Positions 13,462 through 22,379 of a stretch of DNA of 64,000 nt are shown in pieces. The position numbers and the translations under genes are program-made. Location of the stretch: NCBI GenBank assembly GCA_041690395.1, contig JAWLHJ010000004.1:369365-433364 (forward strand), read 5' to 3'. Position 1 is the stretch's first letter. Every line of letters begins with the position of its first letter. The notes under the pieces are model-generated. The model was not told the DNA's origin and did not search any database. It was given only the letters and a program-made list of their open reading frames with translations. Source of the DNA: Longimicrobiales bacterium (GTDB taxonomy: Bacteria; Gemmatimonadota; Gemmatimonadetes; Longimicrobiales; Gaopeijiaceae).

Positions 13462-14889
13462 ATGACATCTGACCAGCACAGTTCCTCATACGCCTACGAG
13501 AGGCTGGCCGAAGAGCTCGCCCGGCAGGTGCGCAGCGGCACGCTCGCGCCCGGCGATCGCATTCCGTCGGTCCGGGAGATGAGTGGCCGCCAGGGCGTGA
13601 GCGTAACGACCGTCCTGCAGGCGTACCGGAAGCTCGAAGCGCTCCACCTGGTCGAGGCCAGGCCGAAGTCCGGCTTCTACGTGCTGCCCGAGCGAGCGCA
13701 CCGGGTGCCGCCTCCCCGTGTCTCGCGTCCGGTCCAGGCCCCGACTCGGGTGACGACCTCCGACCTGATGGACTCAATCGTGGCGGCGAGCTCCGACCCG
13801 GATCTCGTGCCCCTCGGCGCCGCGGTCCCCGACCCCGCCCTGCTGCCCCTCCGGGCCCTCGCGCGACACATGGGCTCCGTGCTGCGCGACGACCCCTCCG
13901 GCGCCTCGGCTTACGGAGCGCCGCACGGCATGGCCGAGCTCAGGCGGGAGATCGCCAAGCGAGAGTGGAACGCCGGGCCGCCGGTCGCGCCGGACGACGT
14001 GGTCGTCACCTGCGGAGCCGCCGAGGGGCTGAGCCTCGCCATCCGTGCCACCACGGAGCCCGGCGACGTCATCGCCGTCGAGTCTCCCGCCTTCTTCGGC
14101 ACGCTCCAGGCCATCGAGGCGTCGGGACGCCGCGCGCTCGAGATCCCCACCTGCTCCGTCGACGGCATCGACGTGAACGCCCTCGAGCACGCCCTCGAGC
14201 AGCACGACGTCAAGGCATGCATCGTCACGCCCAACTTCCACAACCCCCTGGGCTCGCTCGTCCCCGACGCGGACAAGGAGCGGCTCGTGCGGTTGCTGGG
14301 CCCGCGAGAGATCCCGCTCATCGAAGACGACACCTTCGGTGAGCTCTTCTTCGAGGACCAGCAGCCGGCGTCGCTCCGGCGCTGGGACACCCGAGGGCTC
14401 GTCATCCGCATCGGGAGCTTCAGCAAGACCCTGGCCCCTGGATACCGGATCGGATGGATGTTGCCCGGTCCGCGCTACGAGACGGCCGTCCGTCGCCACA
14501 AGCTCGCGTCGACCGTCGCCAACGCCACGCCGCCTCAGCTCGCGGTCGCCCGCTACCTCGCCAGCGGGCGGTACGACCACCACCTGCGGAAGCTTCGCCG
14601 CGTGCTCCGGGACAACGTCGCGCGCCTGCGTTCCGAAGTCGCCGCGCGCTTCCCCGACGGTACACGCCTGAGCCGCCCCCGGGGCGGGTTCCTGCTCTGG
14701 GTCCGCCTCCCCGACGGCGGCGACGCGCTCGCGTTGCATGCCCGGGCCCGCACCCGAGGCATCAGCGTGTCACCCGGCCCCATCTTCTCGCCGAGCGGCG
14801 GGTTCGGGAGCTTCCTTCGGCTCAGCGCGGGCCATCCCTGGACGGAGCGAACCGAGGCGGCGGTGGACGAGCTGGCCGGGATGGTGTGA
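13462..14889 (+). CDS. MocR/GntR regulator with PLP aminotransferase domain
   Basis: N-term wHTH (PGDRIPSVRE...VLQAYRKLE), IEDD, SFSKTLAPGYRIGW. Divergent from eamA. Confidence 0.95.
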   Translation: MTSDQHSSSYAYERLAEELARQVRSGTLAPGDRIPSVREMSGRQGVSVTTVLQAYRKLEALHLVEARPKSGFYVLPERAHRVPPPRVSRPVQAPTRVTTSDLMDSIVAASSDPDLVPLGAAVPDPALLPLRALARHMGSVLRDDPSGASAYGAPHGMAELRREIAKREWNAGPPVAPDDVVVTCGAAEGLSLAIRATTEPGDVIAVESPAFFGTLQAIEASGRRALEIPTCSVDGIDVNALEHALEQHDVKACIVTPNFHNPLGSLVPDADKERLVRLLGPREIPLIEDDTFGELFFEDQQPASLRRWDTRGLVIRIGSFSKTLAPGYRIGWMLPGPRYETAVRRHKLASTVANATPPQLAVARYLASGRYDHHLRKLRRVLRDNVARLRSEVAARFPDGTRLSRPRGGFLLWVRLPDGGDALALHARARTRGISVSPGPIFSPSGGFGSFLRLSAGHPWTERTEAAVDELAGMV

Positions 14890-14906
14890 CGGCTCGCGCG
14901 TCTGCC

Positions 14907-15776
14907 TCACGCCGCCCCCCACACGTCCGCGTAGTCTCTGGCGAAGCGCTCCATCGTCCGCGGCGGGCGACTGAGCACGGCCTCCACGTCGGGGGAAACC
15001 GGGGCGCACGCGCCGTCGCGCACCAGCCGGTAGAACCCGAGTAGCCTGTCGGCCCGCGTCGGCCCCAGGCCCGCCTCTAAGATGGCCTCCCGGGCCTCGC
15101 CTTCGTCGAGCGACCGGTACTCGATACGGCGGCACGTGGAGCGGGAGAGCATGTCGGCTACGGCCCGGTGGTCAAGGGCCTCACCGCCGGTGAGCGTGTA
15201 AGCCCTCTCCTCGTGCCCCGGCTCGCACAGGGTCGCCGCCGCCACTTCCGCGATGTCCCGGGCGTCGATCCACGAGATTCGCGCGTCCCCGGCGGGCACC
15301 GCGATCCGCCCGGCCGAGCGGATGCCAGCCACGAGGGGGTGCACGGCGAAGATCTGCATGAACCAGTTGGGGCGCAGGTGGGTCCACGCCGGGACCGCCT
15401 CTTCCACCAGCGCCTCCATCCTACCCAGAGGCACGTCCTCCCGGCGCTCCGCGCCCATGGCCGAGAGGCTCACGATGCGTTCGACGCCACTCCCGCGCGC
15501 CGCGTCTACGAAGGGGCCGACCGTGCGCTCCGGTGCCATGTCGCCTGGCGGCGCCACCAGAAAGACCCGGTCCACACCCTCGAGCGCGGCCTGGAAGGTG
15601 TCGGGCCGGTCGAAGTCGAACGGCGTCCACTCGCAACCCGCGGGGCCCGCCCCCGCGACGCGGTCCACGTCGCGCGTTGCGCCCCTCACGGCCCACCCCC
15701 GCTCGAGAAGGGCCTTCACTAGCTCACCTCCAGCATTTCCGCTCGCCCCGGTCACCAGCACCTTTCCCGTCGTCAT
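14907..15776 (-). CDS. NmrA-like NAD(P)-binding oxidoreductase
   Basis: VLVTGASGNAG, LRPNWFMQ, IDARDIAEVAA. SD-like AAGGAGG upstream of ATG 15776. Confidence 0.9.
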   Translation of the reverse strand: MTTGKVLVTGASGNAGGELVKALLERGWAVRGATRDVDRVAGAGPAGCEWTPFDFDRPDTFQAALEGVDRVFLVAPPGDMAPERTVGPFVDAARGSGVERIVSLSAMGAERREDVPLGRMEALVEEAVPAWTHLRPNWFMQIFAVHPLVAGIRSAGRIAVPAGDARISWIDARDIAEVAAATLCEPGHEERAYTLTGGEALDHRAVADMLSRSTCRRIEYRSLDEGEAREAILEAGLGPTRADRLLGFYRLVRDGACAPVSPDVEAVLSRPPRTMERFARDYADVWGAA

Positions 15777-15808
15777 GCCACCCTCCTTCCCAATTTCGAG
15801 TGAATCGT

Positions 15809-16453
15809 TCACGCCCGGCCACGGCCGGTCTGGCCGACTCCTTCGACCAGGCTCGCCAGACCACCGAGGTGGTATCGCTCAAATGCCGCCGTTGCCTCCC
15901 GGATCTCCCGGGCCCCCTCGAACCGCTCCAGGATCGCCACCAGAGTGGCCACGAAGTTCCGGTAGACCTGCTCGAGGTCGAACGCCAAGACGCGGCTCTC
16001 CGCGGCCCGCCGGCCGAAGACGGGGACGTGCTCCAACGCGGCCGCCACGAGCTCCTCGACGACCTCCTCGGGCACGTCCTCCCAACGGGCGCCGCCTCTA
16101 CCTCCCAGCACGATCACGAGCTCGAGCCGGTGCTCCACAGCGAAGTCCATCAGCGCGTCACTCGCGGTGAGGTAGGGATGGCCCTCGGGGAGGTCACGCA
16201 CATCGCCCGCGCCCCCTGCGGCCCGCAGCCGCTCCTTCAGCAGGTCGCGGAAACGACGCACGAGCCGCTCCGGCACGACGGCGTCGAAGAGCGCCTCCTT
16301 GCTGTCGTGATACCGGTAGATGTTGCCCGCGGCGGTGCCCGCTTGGTCGGCTATGGCGGCTACGGTCGCGCCCTCGTACCCCTCGGCGGCGAATACCCGC
16401 AGGGCCGCCTTCGCAATCCGCCATCGGACCTCGTCCTTCAGAACCTGTGGCAT
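15809..16453 (-). CDS. TetR/AcrR family regulator
   Basis: ALRVFAAEGYEGATVAAIADQAG..GNIYRYHDSKEALF. Confidence 0.92.
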   Translation of the reverse strand: MPQVLKDEVRWRIAKAALRVFAAEGYEGATVAAIADQAGTAAGNIYRYHDSKEALFDAVVPERLVRRFRDLLKERLRAAGGAGDVRDLPEGHPYLTASDALMDFAVEHRLELVIVLGGRGGARWEDVPEEVVEELVAAALEHVPVFGRRAAESRVLAFDLEQVYRNFVATLVAILERFEGAREIREATAAFERYHLGGLASLVEGVGQTGRGRA

Positions 16454-16464
16454 GGACTCCCTGT

Positions 16465-16493
16465 TGATAAATGAATACTTGATTCATTTATCA
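16465..16493. promoter_or_regulatory. Perfect 12-5-12 inverted repeat, likely TetR operator
   Basis: TGATAAATGAAT-acttg-ATTCATTTATCA, an AT-rich stretch 12 bp upstream of the tetR ATG. Confidence 0.8.
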
Positions 16494-16593
16494 CACGTTC
16501 CGCGCGTCCGGTCAAGCCCATGCCATCTATCGGTCCCTGATCACCGAGCGCCCCTTTCGGGGGAGGGCGCTCCGCCACCCGTCGATCCAGGGA

Positions 16594-17052
16594 TCAACGC
16601 ATCGCGTTCTGCCGCGCCGGTTGCGCGTCGCGGATCTGAACCAGCGTCTGCCGGTCGGCACGTAGGAGGTCGTCGAGCGTGTAGCGGTCCAGCGCGGTGA
16701 AGAAGTCCCGCTGAGCCTCGGCGAGCACGCCCGCGAGGCGGCAGTTTCCGGTGAGCGGGCAGGTCGAGTCCGCCTCGAAGCACTCGGCCATCGCCAGGGT
16801 CGGCTCGAGTTCGCGGACGAGGGCCCCCAGCCGCATCTCCGTACCGTCGCCGGAGAGTGCGTACCCGCCGCCACGACCACGCGAGCTCTCGACCAGGCCG
16901 AGCCCGACGAGAGCCTGGAGCCCCTTCACCAGGTGCTCCTTCGAGACCCTCAGCTTCTCCGCCATCTCGGCCGACGGGATCCTGCGGGCGGGGTCGGAGC
17001 CCAGGTACATCAAGGCTCGCAGCGAGATGTCGGAGAAGCGTGAGATCCTCAT
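16594..17052 (-). CDS. nsrR: Rrf2 family NO-sensing repressor (NsrR-like)
   Basis: SDISLRALMYL, SSRGRGGGYAL, three Cys in ECFEADSTCPLTGNCRL. Directly downstream of nirK. Confidence 0.82.
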   Translation of the reverse strand: MRISRFSDISLRALMYLGSDPARRIPSAEMAEKLRVSKEHLVKGLQALVGLGLVESSRGRGGGYALSGDGTEMRLGALVRELEPTLAMAECFEADSTCPLTGNCRLAGVLAEAQRDFFTALDRYTLDDLLRADRQTLVQIRDAQPARQNAMR

Positions 17053-17071
17053 GATCGCGGTCGTGCTGGAG

Positions 17072-18259
17072 TTATCGGACGGTCGAGCCTTCGGCGGCCG
17101 GCCCGCTCGGGCCCGCCGCCGTCGTCAGGGGACGGGGCGCGATGCTCTGGGTCATGATCTCGTCGTCCCATCCCCCCTCGACATGAATGAGGGCCTTGGC
17201 GTCGTAGAGGAAGGCCTTGATCAGGTTGTGGTTGAGGTAGGCATAGACCCCCTCCTGCTCGAAGGTGTAGACGGCGGCCGCCGTGCCTCCCGCCGCCACC
17301 GCCCAGCTCTCCAGGCCTTCGAGGGGTCGGTTGTTGAACTTGCCGTACGGCCAGACCCAGTCGCCGTGCCCTCCGATCAGGTGTGGGTAGGACGGGTTGT
17401 TCGCCTGCGAATGGAGCATGAGGACCGTCTCGCCTACCTCGGCCTCGAGCCGGGTGTCCGCGGTGAGCGCGCCGTACTTTCCATTGAAGGCGATGTGCGT
17501 CGGAGTGAGGCCCTTCATGACGTCCAACCAGTCGCCCATCTGCATCGTGAAGTTGTCGTAGCGCTTCGAGGTGCGGTCGTCGTTCATGGGCACGTAGTAG
17601 TCCTGCTCGCCGAAGTAGAAGGCTCGGTCGTACCGCACGGGCTTCCCGTAGCCGTCACGGAGTCCCTCGCGCGGAAGGACCAGGATGCCGCCGTTTCCGC
17701 CGGTCGTGACGTGGTAGGGCACCATCTCGCCGCCGGGAGCGCAGTGGTAGACGAAGAACCCCGCCTTCAGGGCGCGCCAGAGCAGCCCGACTTCCTGTCC
17801 GGGGGGCACCATGGTGAGCTCTCCGCCGCCCATGGCACCGGTCGCGGCGTGGAAGTCGATGTTGTGTGCCTGGGCGTTAGCGGCGACGCCGAACCGGAGT
17901 GTGTCCGTGGAGCCGTTGACGAGGGTGAGATCGACCCAGTCGTACTGGTGCACGACGGGGACCGGGCCAGGCACGACCCCGTTGAAGGCCATCTGCCAGA
18001 CGAAGACGCCCGGCGCGATCTCCACCTCCTGCTCGATGATCTCCATCCGGATCTCGACGATACGCGGCGGGCCCTCGGCGACCTGCTCGTGCACGGGAAG
18101 GAAGGGCGGATCCACGAGATCCTGTGAGACGCGCTCAGCGTCTTCGAGCGGGAAGTTCACGACCCCCGGGTCCGGGGAGATCTTCCACTCACCGCTTTCC
18201 TGACAGGCGGCCATCCCCAGGAGGGTGAGGACGGCGGCTGTATGAAAGGTGCGCTGCAT
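17072..18259 (-). CDS. nirK: Copper-containing nitrite reductase, predicted lipoprotein
   Basis: HNIDFH, YHCAP..MVPYHV, SYPHLIGGHGD, YLNHNL, and a lipobox-like LLGMAAC. Confidence 0.95.
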   Translation of the reverse strand: MQRTFHTAAVLTLLGMAACQESGEWKISPDPGVVNFPLEDAERVSQDLVDPPFLPVHEQVAEGPPRIVEIRMEIIEQEVEIAPGVFVWQMAFNGVVPGPVPVVHQYDWVDLTLVNGSTDTLRFGVAANAQAHNIDFHAATGAMGGGELTMVPPGQEVGLLWRALKAGFFVYHCAPGGEMVPYHVTTGGNGGILVLPREGLRDGYGKPVRYDRAFYFGEQDYYVPMNDDRTSKRYDNFTMQMGDWLDVMKGLTPTHIAFNGKYGALTADTRLEAEVGETVLMLHSQANNPSYPHLIGGHGDWVWPYGKFNNRPLEGLESWAVAAGGTAAAVYTFEQEGVYAYLNHNLIKAFLYDAKALIHVEGGWDDEIMTQSIAPRPLTTAAGPSGPAAEGSTVR

Positions 18260-18310
18260 TTTGATAGCTCCGTTGCGGGGCCACCGCCTGGGCGGTAGCG
18301 TCTTCCCTCT

Positions 18311-18333
18311 AACTGGTATTTAAAATACCAGTT
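18311..18333. promoter_or_regulatory. NsrR-type operator (perfect 11-1-11 palindrome)
   Basis: AACTGGTATTT-A-AAATACCAGTT about 50 bp upstream of nirK. Same geometry and ATTT-n-AAAT core as known NsrR boxes. Confidence 0.85.
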
Positions 18334-18378
18334 TCTGTCAGGGGAACAACGGCCAGCTCCGCGGTGCCACGAGGCCAC

Positions 18379-18435
18379 TTTCGATACACTTGCGTTCAGC
18401 AATATTTCGACTATTTTCGATACACTCACGTTTCG
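18379..18435. promoter_or_regulatory. Tandem operator-like repeats upstream of tetR
   Basis: TTTCGATACACT at 18379-18390 and 18415-18426. The second copy forms the imperfect palindrome CGATAC-actcac-GTTTCG. Confidence 0.55.
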
Positions 18436-18449
18436 TATTGTAGGGAGGG

Positions 18450-19079
18450 ATGATGCAGCGTTCCAACGACGCCGACACCACAGGCCCCGGACGCCCGAGG
18501 AGCGCCAGCGCCGACATAGCCATTCTCGAGGCGGCCATGGACCTCATGGCCGAGGGAGGCTACGGCGCGCTCACGATGGAGGGGATCGCGGCCCGGGCCG
18601 GAGTGGGTAAGGCGACGCTCTACCGTCGATGGAAGTCGCCCGAAGAGGTCGTCGTGGCCGCCGTCAGGGCCTTCGTGGAGGAGATCCGGATCCCGGACTC
18701 CGGGTCCGTAGAGGAAGACCTACGCCTGCTGATGCGCCAGGCCGTGGACGTGTACCGCGGCCGACCCGGGCAGGTGCTTCCCGGCCTCCTCGCCGCGATG
18801 GCCGCCAGCGAGGAGGTCGGGCGCTCTGTGCGCGAGCGATATCTGGAAGGGCGGCGAGCCGCTCTCGCCGCCGTGCTTCGTCGGGGCATGGAGCGCCGGG
18901 AGCTCCGATCCGATCTGGACCTGGAGCTCGTCCTCGACTTCCTGGGCGGCCCCCTCTTCTACCGGATCCTCGTCACGGGAGGCTCTCTCGACCAAAGTCT
19001 CGCAGGCAGGATCGTCGACCTGGTGCTCCGTGGCGCGGCACCGGCTCCATCCGACCTCGGCGAAGGAGGTACGACATGA
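18450..19079 (+). CDS. TetR/AcrR family regulator
   Basis: GRPRS..AILEAAMDL...IAARAGVGKATLYRRW and GPLFYRIL. Confidence 0.93.
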   Translation: MMQRSNDADTTGPGRPRSASADIAILEAAMDLMAEGGYGALTMEGIAARAGVGKATLYRRWKSPEEVVVAAVRAFVEEIRIPDSGSVEEDLRLLMRQAVDVYRGRPGQVLPGLLAAMAASEEVGRSVRERYLEGRRAALAAVLRRGMERRELRSDLDLELVLDFLGGPLFYRILVTGGSLDQSLAGRIVDLVLRGAAPAPSDLGEGGTT

Positions 19080-19912
19080 AGATCCATGCGATTCAAACCG
19101 GGACCGTCCAGGTCCATGAGAGACAGAGGGCCGGCGAAGGTCGGGGGCCCCTTCGGTTTCTGAACACGTTGCTCGACCGCAGCTGGACCCCGCCCCTTCC
19201 CATCTACGCATGGGTCGTCGAGCACCCCGAAGGGCTGATCCTCATCGACACGGGCGAGACCGCTCGAACGGCCCAGCCCGGGTATTTCCCACGCTGGCAC
19301 CCGTACTACCGCCTCGCGGTCCGAGCTCAGGTCGGCCCCGAGATGGAGATCGGCCCGGCCCTCGAGGCCCTCGGCATCCGGACCGCGGACATACGCTGGG
19401 TGGTCATGACGCATCTTCACACGGATCACGCCGGGGGTCTGGGACACGTGACCGGTTCGGACATCCTCGTGAGCCGGACGGAGTACGAGGACGCACGCGG
19501 TCCGATGGGCAGGATCCGGGGCTATCTGCCGCATCGGTGGCCCGACGGCTTTTCCCCGACCCTGGTGTCCTTCCCTCCCGAATCGTTCGGCCCGTTCCCA
19601 GAAAGCCATACGCTCACCCGAGCGGGCGACGTGCGGCTCGTGCCGACTCCCGGTCACACCCGGGGCCACCTCTCCGTCGCGGTGGAGCACGGAGACAGGA
19701 CCTTCTTCTTCGCCGGCGACGCCTCCTACACCGAGGAGAGCCTTCACGCCGGGATCGTGGACGGCGTCGCGTCCATGGGCGGCGGCGAGGACGTGGCGGC
19801 CACGACGCTGGCCCGGATTCGTGCGCTGGGCCAGGAACGCTCCCTCGTCTATCTGCCGTCCCACGACCCGCGATCGGCGAGGAGGCTGGAGGAGGCCGTG
19901 GCGGGCGGCTAA
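19076..19912 (+). CDS. Metallo-beta-lactamase fold hydrolase, N-acyl-homoserine lactonase-like
   Basis: LIDTG, THLHTDHAGG, TPGHTRGH, FAGDASY, PSHD. ATGA overlap with tetR. Confidence 0.9.
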   Translation: MKIHAIQTGTVQVHERQRAGEGRGPLRFLNTLLDRSWTPPLPIYAWVVEHPEGLILIDTGETARTAQPGYFPRWHPYYRLAVRAQVGPEMEIGPALEALGIRTADIRWVVMTHLHTDHAGGLGHVTGSDILVSRTEYEDARGPMGRIRGYLPHRWPDGFSPTLVSFPPESFGPFPESHTLTRAGDVRLVPTPGHTRGHLSVAVEHGDRTFFFAGDASYTEESLHAGIVDGVASMGGGEDVAATTLARIRALGQERSLVYLPSHDPRSARRLEEAVAGG

Positions 19913-19952
19913 GGGCGGGGCCCCGGAGGAGGATCCCCCGAGGCCCGCCCCC
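19913..19952. terminator. Imperfect GC-rich hairpin between convergent genes
   Basis: GGGCGGGGCCCCGG...CCGAGGCCCGCCCC; no U-tract. Confidence 0.3.
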
Positions 19953-19969
19953 CACCGACGGCCCGCGCC

Positions 19970-21172
19970 CTACTGCACCGCGTTGATCATGTCGAAGATC
20001 GGGAGGTACATCGCCACGATCATGCCACCGACGATCACGCCCAGCACCACGATCATGATCGGCTCCATGGCCGCGAGCAGCGCGTCCACCGCCGCGTCGA
20101 CCTCTTCGTCGTAGAAGTCGGCGATCTTCGTGAGCATCTCGTCGAGCCCGCCGGTCTGCTCACCGACGTTGATCATCTGCACCACCATGGGCGGGAACAC
20201 CCCGGACTCCCGCAGCGGACCCGCGATCGTCTCACCACCCGCGATCGAGGCGCGCGACCCCATGACCGCGTCGTGGATGACCCGGTTGCCCGCCGTCTTC
20301 GCGGTGATCTCGAGACCCTCAAGGATCGACACGCCGGACGACACGAGCGTTCCGAGCGTCCGCGTGAACCGTGCCACCGCGGCTTTGCGCTGCAGGTCGC
20401 CCAGGATGGGCATGGCCAGGATCATCCGGTCGATGAGGAGCTGTCCGCCGTCGGTCGCGTAGAACTGCTTGAGTGCCACGACACCCGCGACGATACCGGC
20501 GCCCACGGCCCACCACCACGCCTGCAGGAAGGCCGACATGCCGATGACGATCTGGGTCGGGAGCGGAAGCGGAATACCCGCCGAGGCGAACATCGTCTGG
20601 AACGTCGGGATGACGAAGATCAGCAGAATGACGATGGCGCCGCCGGCCACCGAGAAGATCACCCCGGGATAGATCATCGCGCCTTTGATCTTCCGGACGA
20701 GCGCGTCGTTCTTCTCCAGGAACGTCGCGAGACGCAGGAGGATCGTGTCGAGGATACCGCCGGCCTCACCGGCCGCGACCATGTTCACGTACAGCTCGGT
20801 GAAGACCTTGGGGTGCTTGCCCATGGCGTCCGCGAGCGTGTTTCCGGACTCCACGTCGTAGAGCACCTCGCCGATGGTCTTGCGGAGCACCGGATTCTCG
20901 GTCTGCTCCGCCAGGATGTCGAGGCTCTGCACGAGCGGCAGGCCCGAGTTGATCATCGTCGCGAACTGGCGCGTGAAGATGACGATGTCCCGCATGCCGA
21001 CACCGCTTCCGAACGAGAAGCTGAGCTCCTTCGGCTTCTCACGAACCGTGACCGGGATGAGCTTCTGCCGGTGCAGGTGTGCGAGCACGTCGTCCTTGCT
21101 GGACAGCTCGATCTCGCCGGTCTGGATGTCACCGCCTGACGCCGGCCTGGCGCTGTAGCTGAATACGGGCAT
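19970..21172 (-). CDS. pilC: Type IV pilus platform protein (T2SS F family)
   Basis: FTRQFATMINSGLPL, AGEAGGILD, GEQTGGLDEML, AMYLPIF. Confidence 0.95.
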   Translation of the reverse strand: MPVFSYSARPASGGDIQTGEIELSSKDDVLAHLHRQKLIPVTVREKPKELSFSFGSGVGMRDIVIFTRQFATMINSGLPLVQSLDILAEQTENPVLRKTIGEVLYDVESGNTLADAMGKHPKVFTELYVNMVAAGEAGGILDTILLRLATFLEKNDALVRKIKGAMIYPGVIFSVAGGAIVILLIFVIPTFQTMFASAGIPLPLPTQIVIGMSAFLQAWWWAVGAGIVAGVVALKQFYATDGGQLLIDRMILAMPILGDLQRKAAVARFTRTLGTLVSSGVSILEGLEITAKTAGNRVIHDAVMGSRASIAGGETIAGPLRESGVFPPMVVQMINVGEQTGGLDEMLTKIADFYDEEVDAAVDALLAAMEPIMIVVLGVIVGGMIVAMYLPIFDMINAVQ

Positions 21173-21220
21173 GGGCCTATCTGCTCACAGGTCGCTGAGG
21201 GTTGGTATGGCGGGGGGTCT

Positions 21221-22342
21221 TCATTCCGGCGCGGTCTCACCTACCGCGCGCAACAGCTCGTTCGGGTCGCCGGAGCGCTTGAGTGCCTCGTTGAGGGTGA
21301 TCTGGCCCTGGATGTAGAGCATCTGCAGCGCGTCGTTCATGGTCTGCATGCCGTGCTTCTTGCCGGCCTGCATGAGCGAATAGACCTGGTGGATCTTCTC
21401 GTCGCGGATAACCGCCCGGATCGCCGGCGTGCACATCATGATCTCGACCGCCGCGACACGGCCCTTCCCCTTGGCCTTCGGAATCAGCGTCTGCGTCACG
21501 ACACCCTCGAGCACGAAGGCCAGCTGAGCCCGCACCTGCGCCTGCTGATGCGACGGGAACGCGTCGATGATCCGGTTGATGGACTCCGCGGCCGAGTTCG
21601 TGTGTAGCGTGGCGAACACCAAGTGACCGGTCTCGGCAATTGTTAGCGCCGCGGACATGGTCTCGAGATCCCGCATCTCACCGACCAGGATGACGTCCGG
21701 GTCCTGCCGTAGCGCGTACTTGAGCGCGGCGCCGAAACTCTGAGTGTCGGCGCCCACCTCGCGCTGGTTTATGGTGCAATTCTGGTGCCGGTGGATGAAC
21801 TCGATCGGGTCCTCGATCGTGATGATGTGGCTCTTCCGCTCCTTGTTCACCTTGTCGACCATCGCGGCGAGCGTCGTCGACTTACCCGAGCCGGTCGGAC
21901 CCGTGACCAGCACGAGGCCCCGCGGACGCTCGGCCAGCTTGTTGATGACCGGGGGCAGTCCGAGCTTCTCGATCGAGATGATCTCGTAGGGGATCTGCCG
22001 AATGGCCATCGCCACGCAGCCGCGCTGCTTGTACACGTTGCCGCGGAAGCGCGAGAGATTCTGGACGCCGAACGAGAAGTCGAGCTCGTCGTCGGTCTCG
22101 AATCGCTTCTTCTGGTTCTCGGTCAGGATCGAGTACGCCAGCGCCATGGTGTCCTTCGGCGCCAGGACCTGGTTGTGGGCCGAGTTCACCAGATCGCCGT
22201 CGACGCGCAGCTTCGGCGGGCTTCCCACCGTGATGTGCAGGTCGGAAGCGCCCCGCTGGATCATCTCCTGGAGGAGCGCCCGGAGATTGAGTTCCTGCTT
22301 GGGACGTGTCTGTGCGTCCGCCGGAGAGGCCGGCTGATTCAT
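21221..22342 (-). CDS. pilT: Type IV pilus retraction ATPase
   Basis: GPTGSGKSTT, TIEDPIE, LRQDPDVILVGEMRD, AIRAVIR, GMQTM. Confidence 0.96.
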   Translation of the reverse strand: MNQPASPADAQTRPKQELNLRALLQEMIQRGASDLHITVGSPPKLRVDGDLVNSAHNQVLAPKDTMALAYSILTENQKKRFETDDELDFSFGVQNLSRFRGNVYKQRGCVAMAIRQIPYEIISIEKLGLPPVINKLAERPRGLVLVTGPTGSGKSTTLAAMVDKVNKERKSHIITIEDPIEFIHRHQNCTINQREVGADTQSFGAALKYALRQDPDVILVGEMRDLETMSAALTIAETGHLVFATLHTNSAAESINRIIDAFPSHQQAQVRAQLAFVLEGVVTQTLIPKAKGKGRVAAVEIMMCTPAIRAVIRDEKIHQVYSLMQAGKKHGMQTMNDALQMLYIQGQITLNEALKRSGDPNELLRAVGETAPE

Positions 22343-22379
22343 CTGGTGTCCTCGGGAGAGTTGCAGTCGGCGGTCCGCT

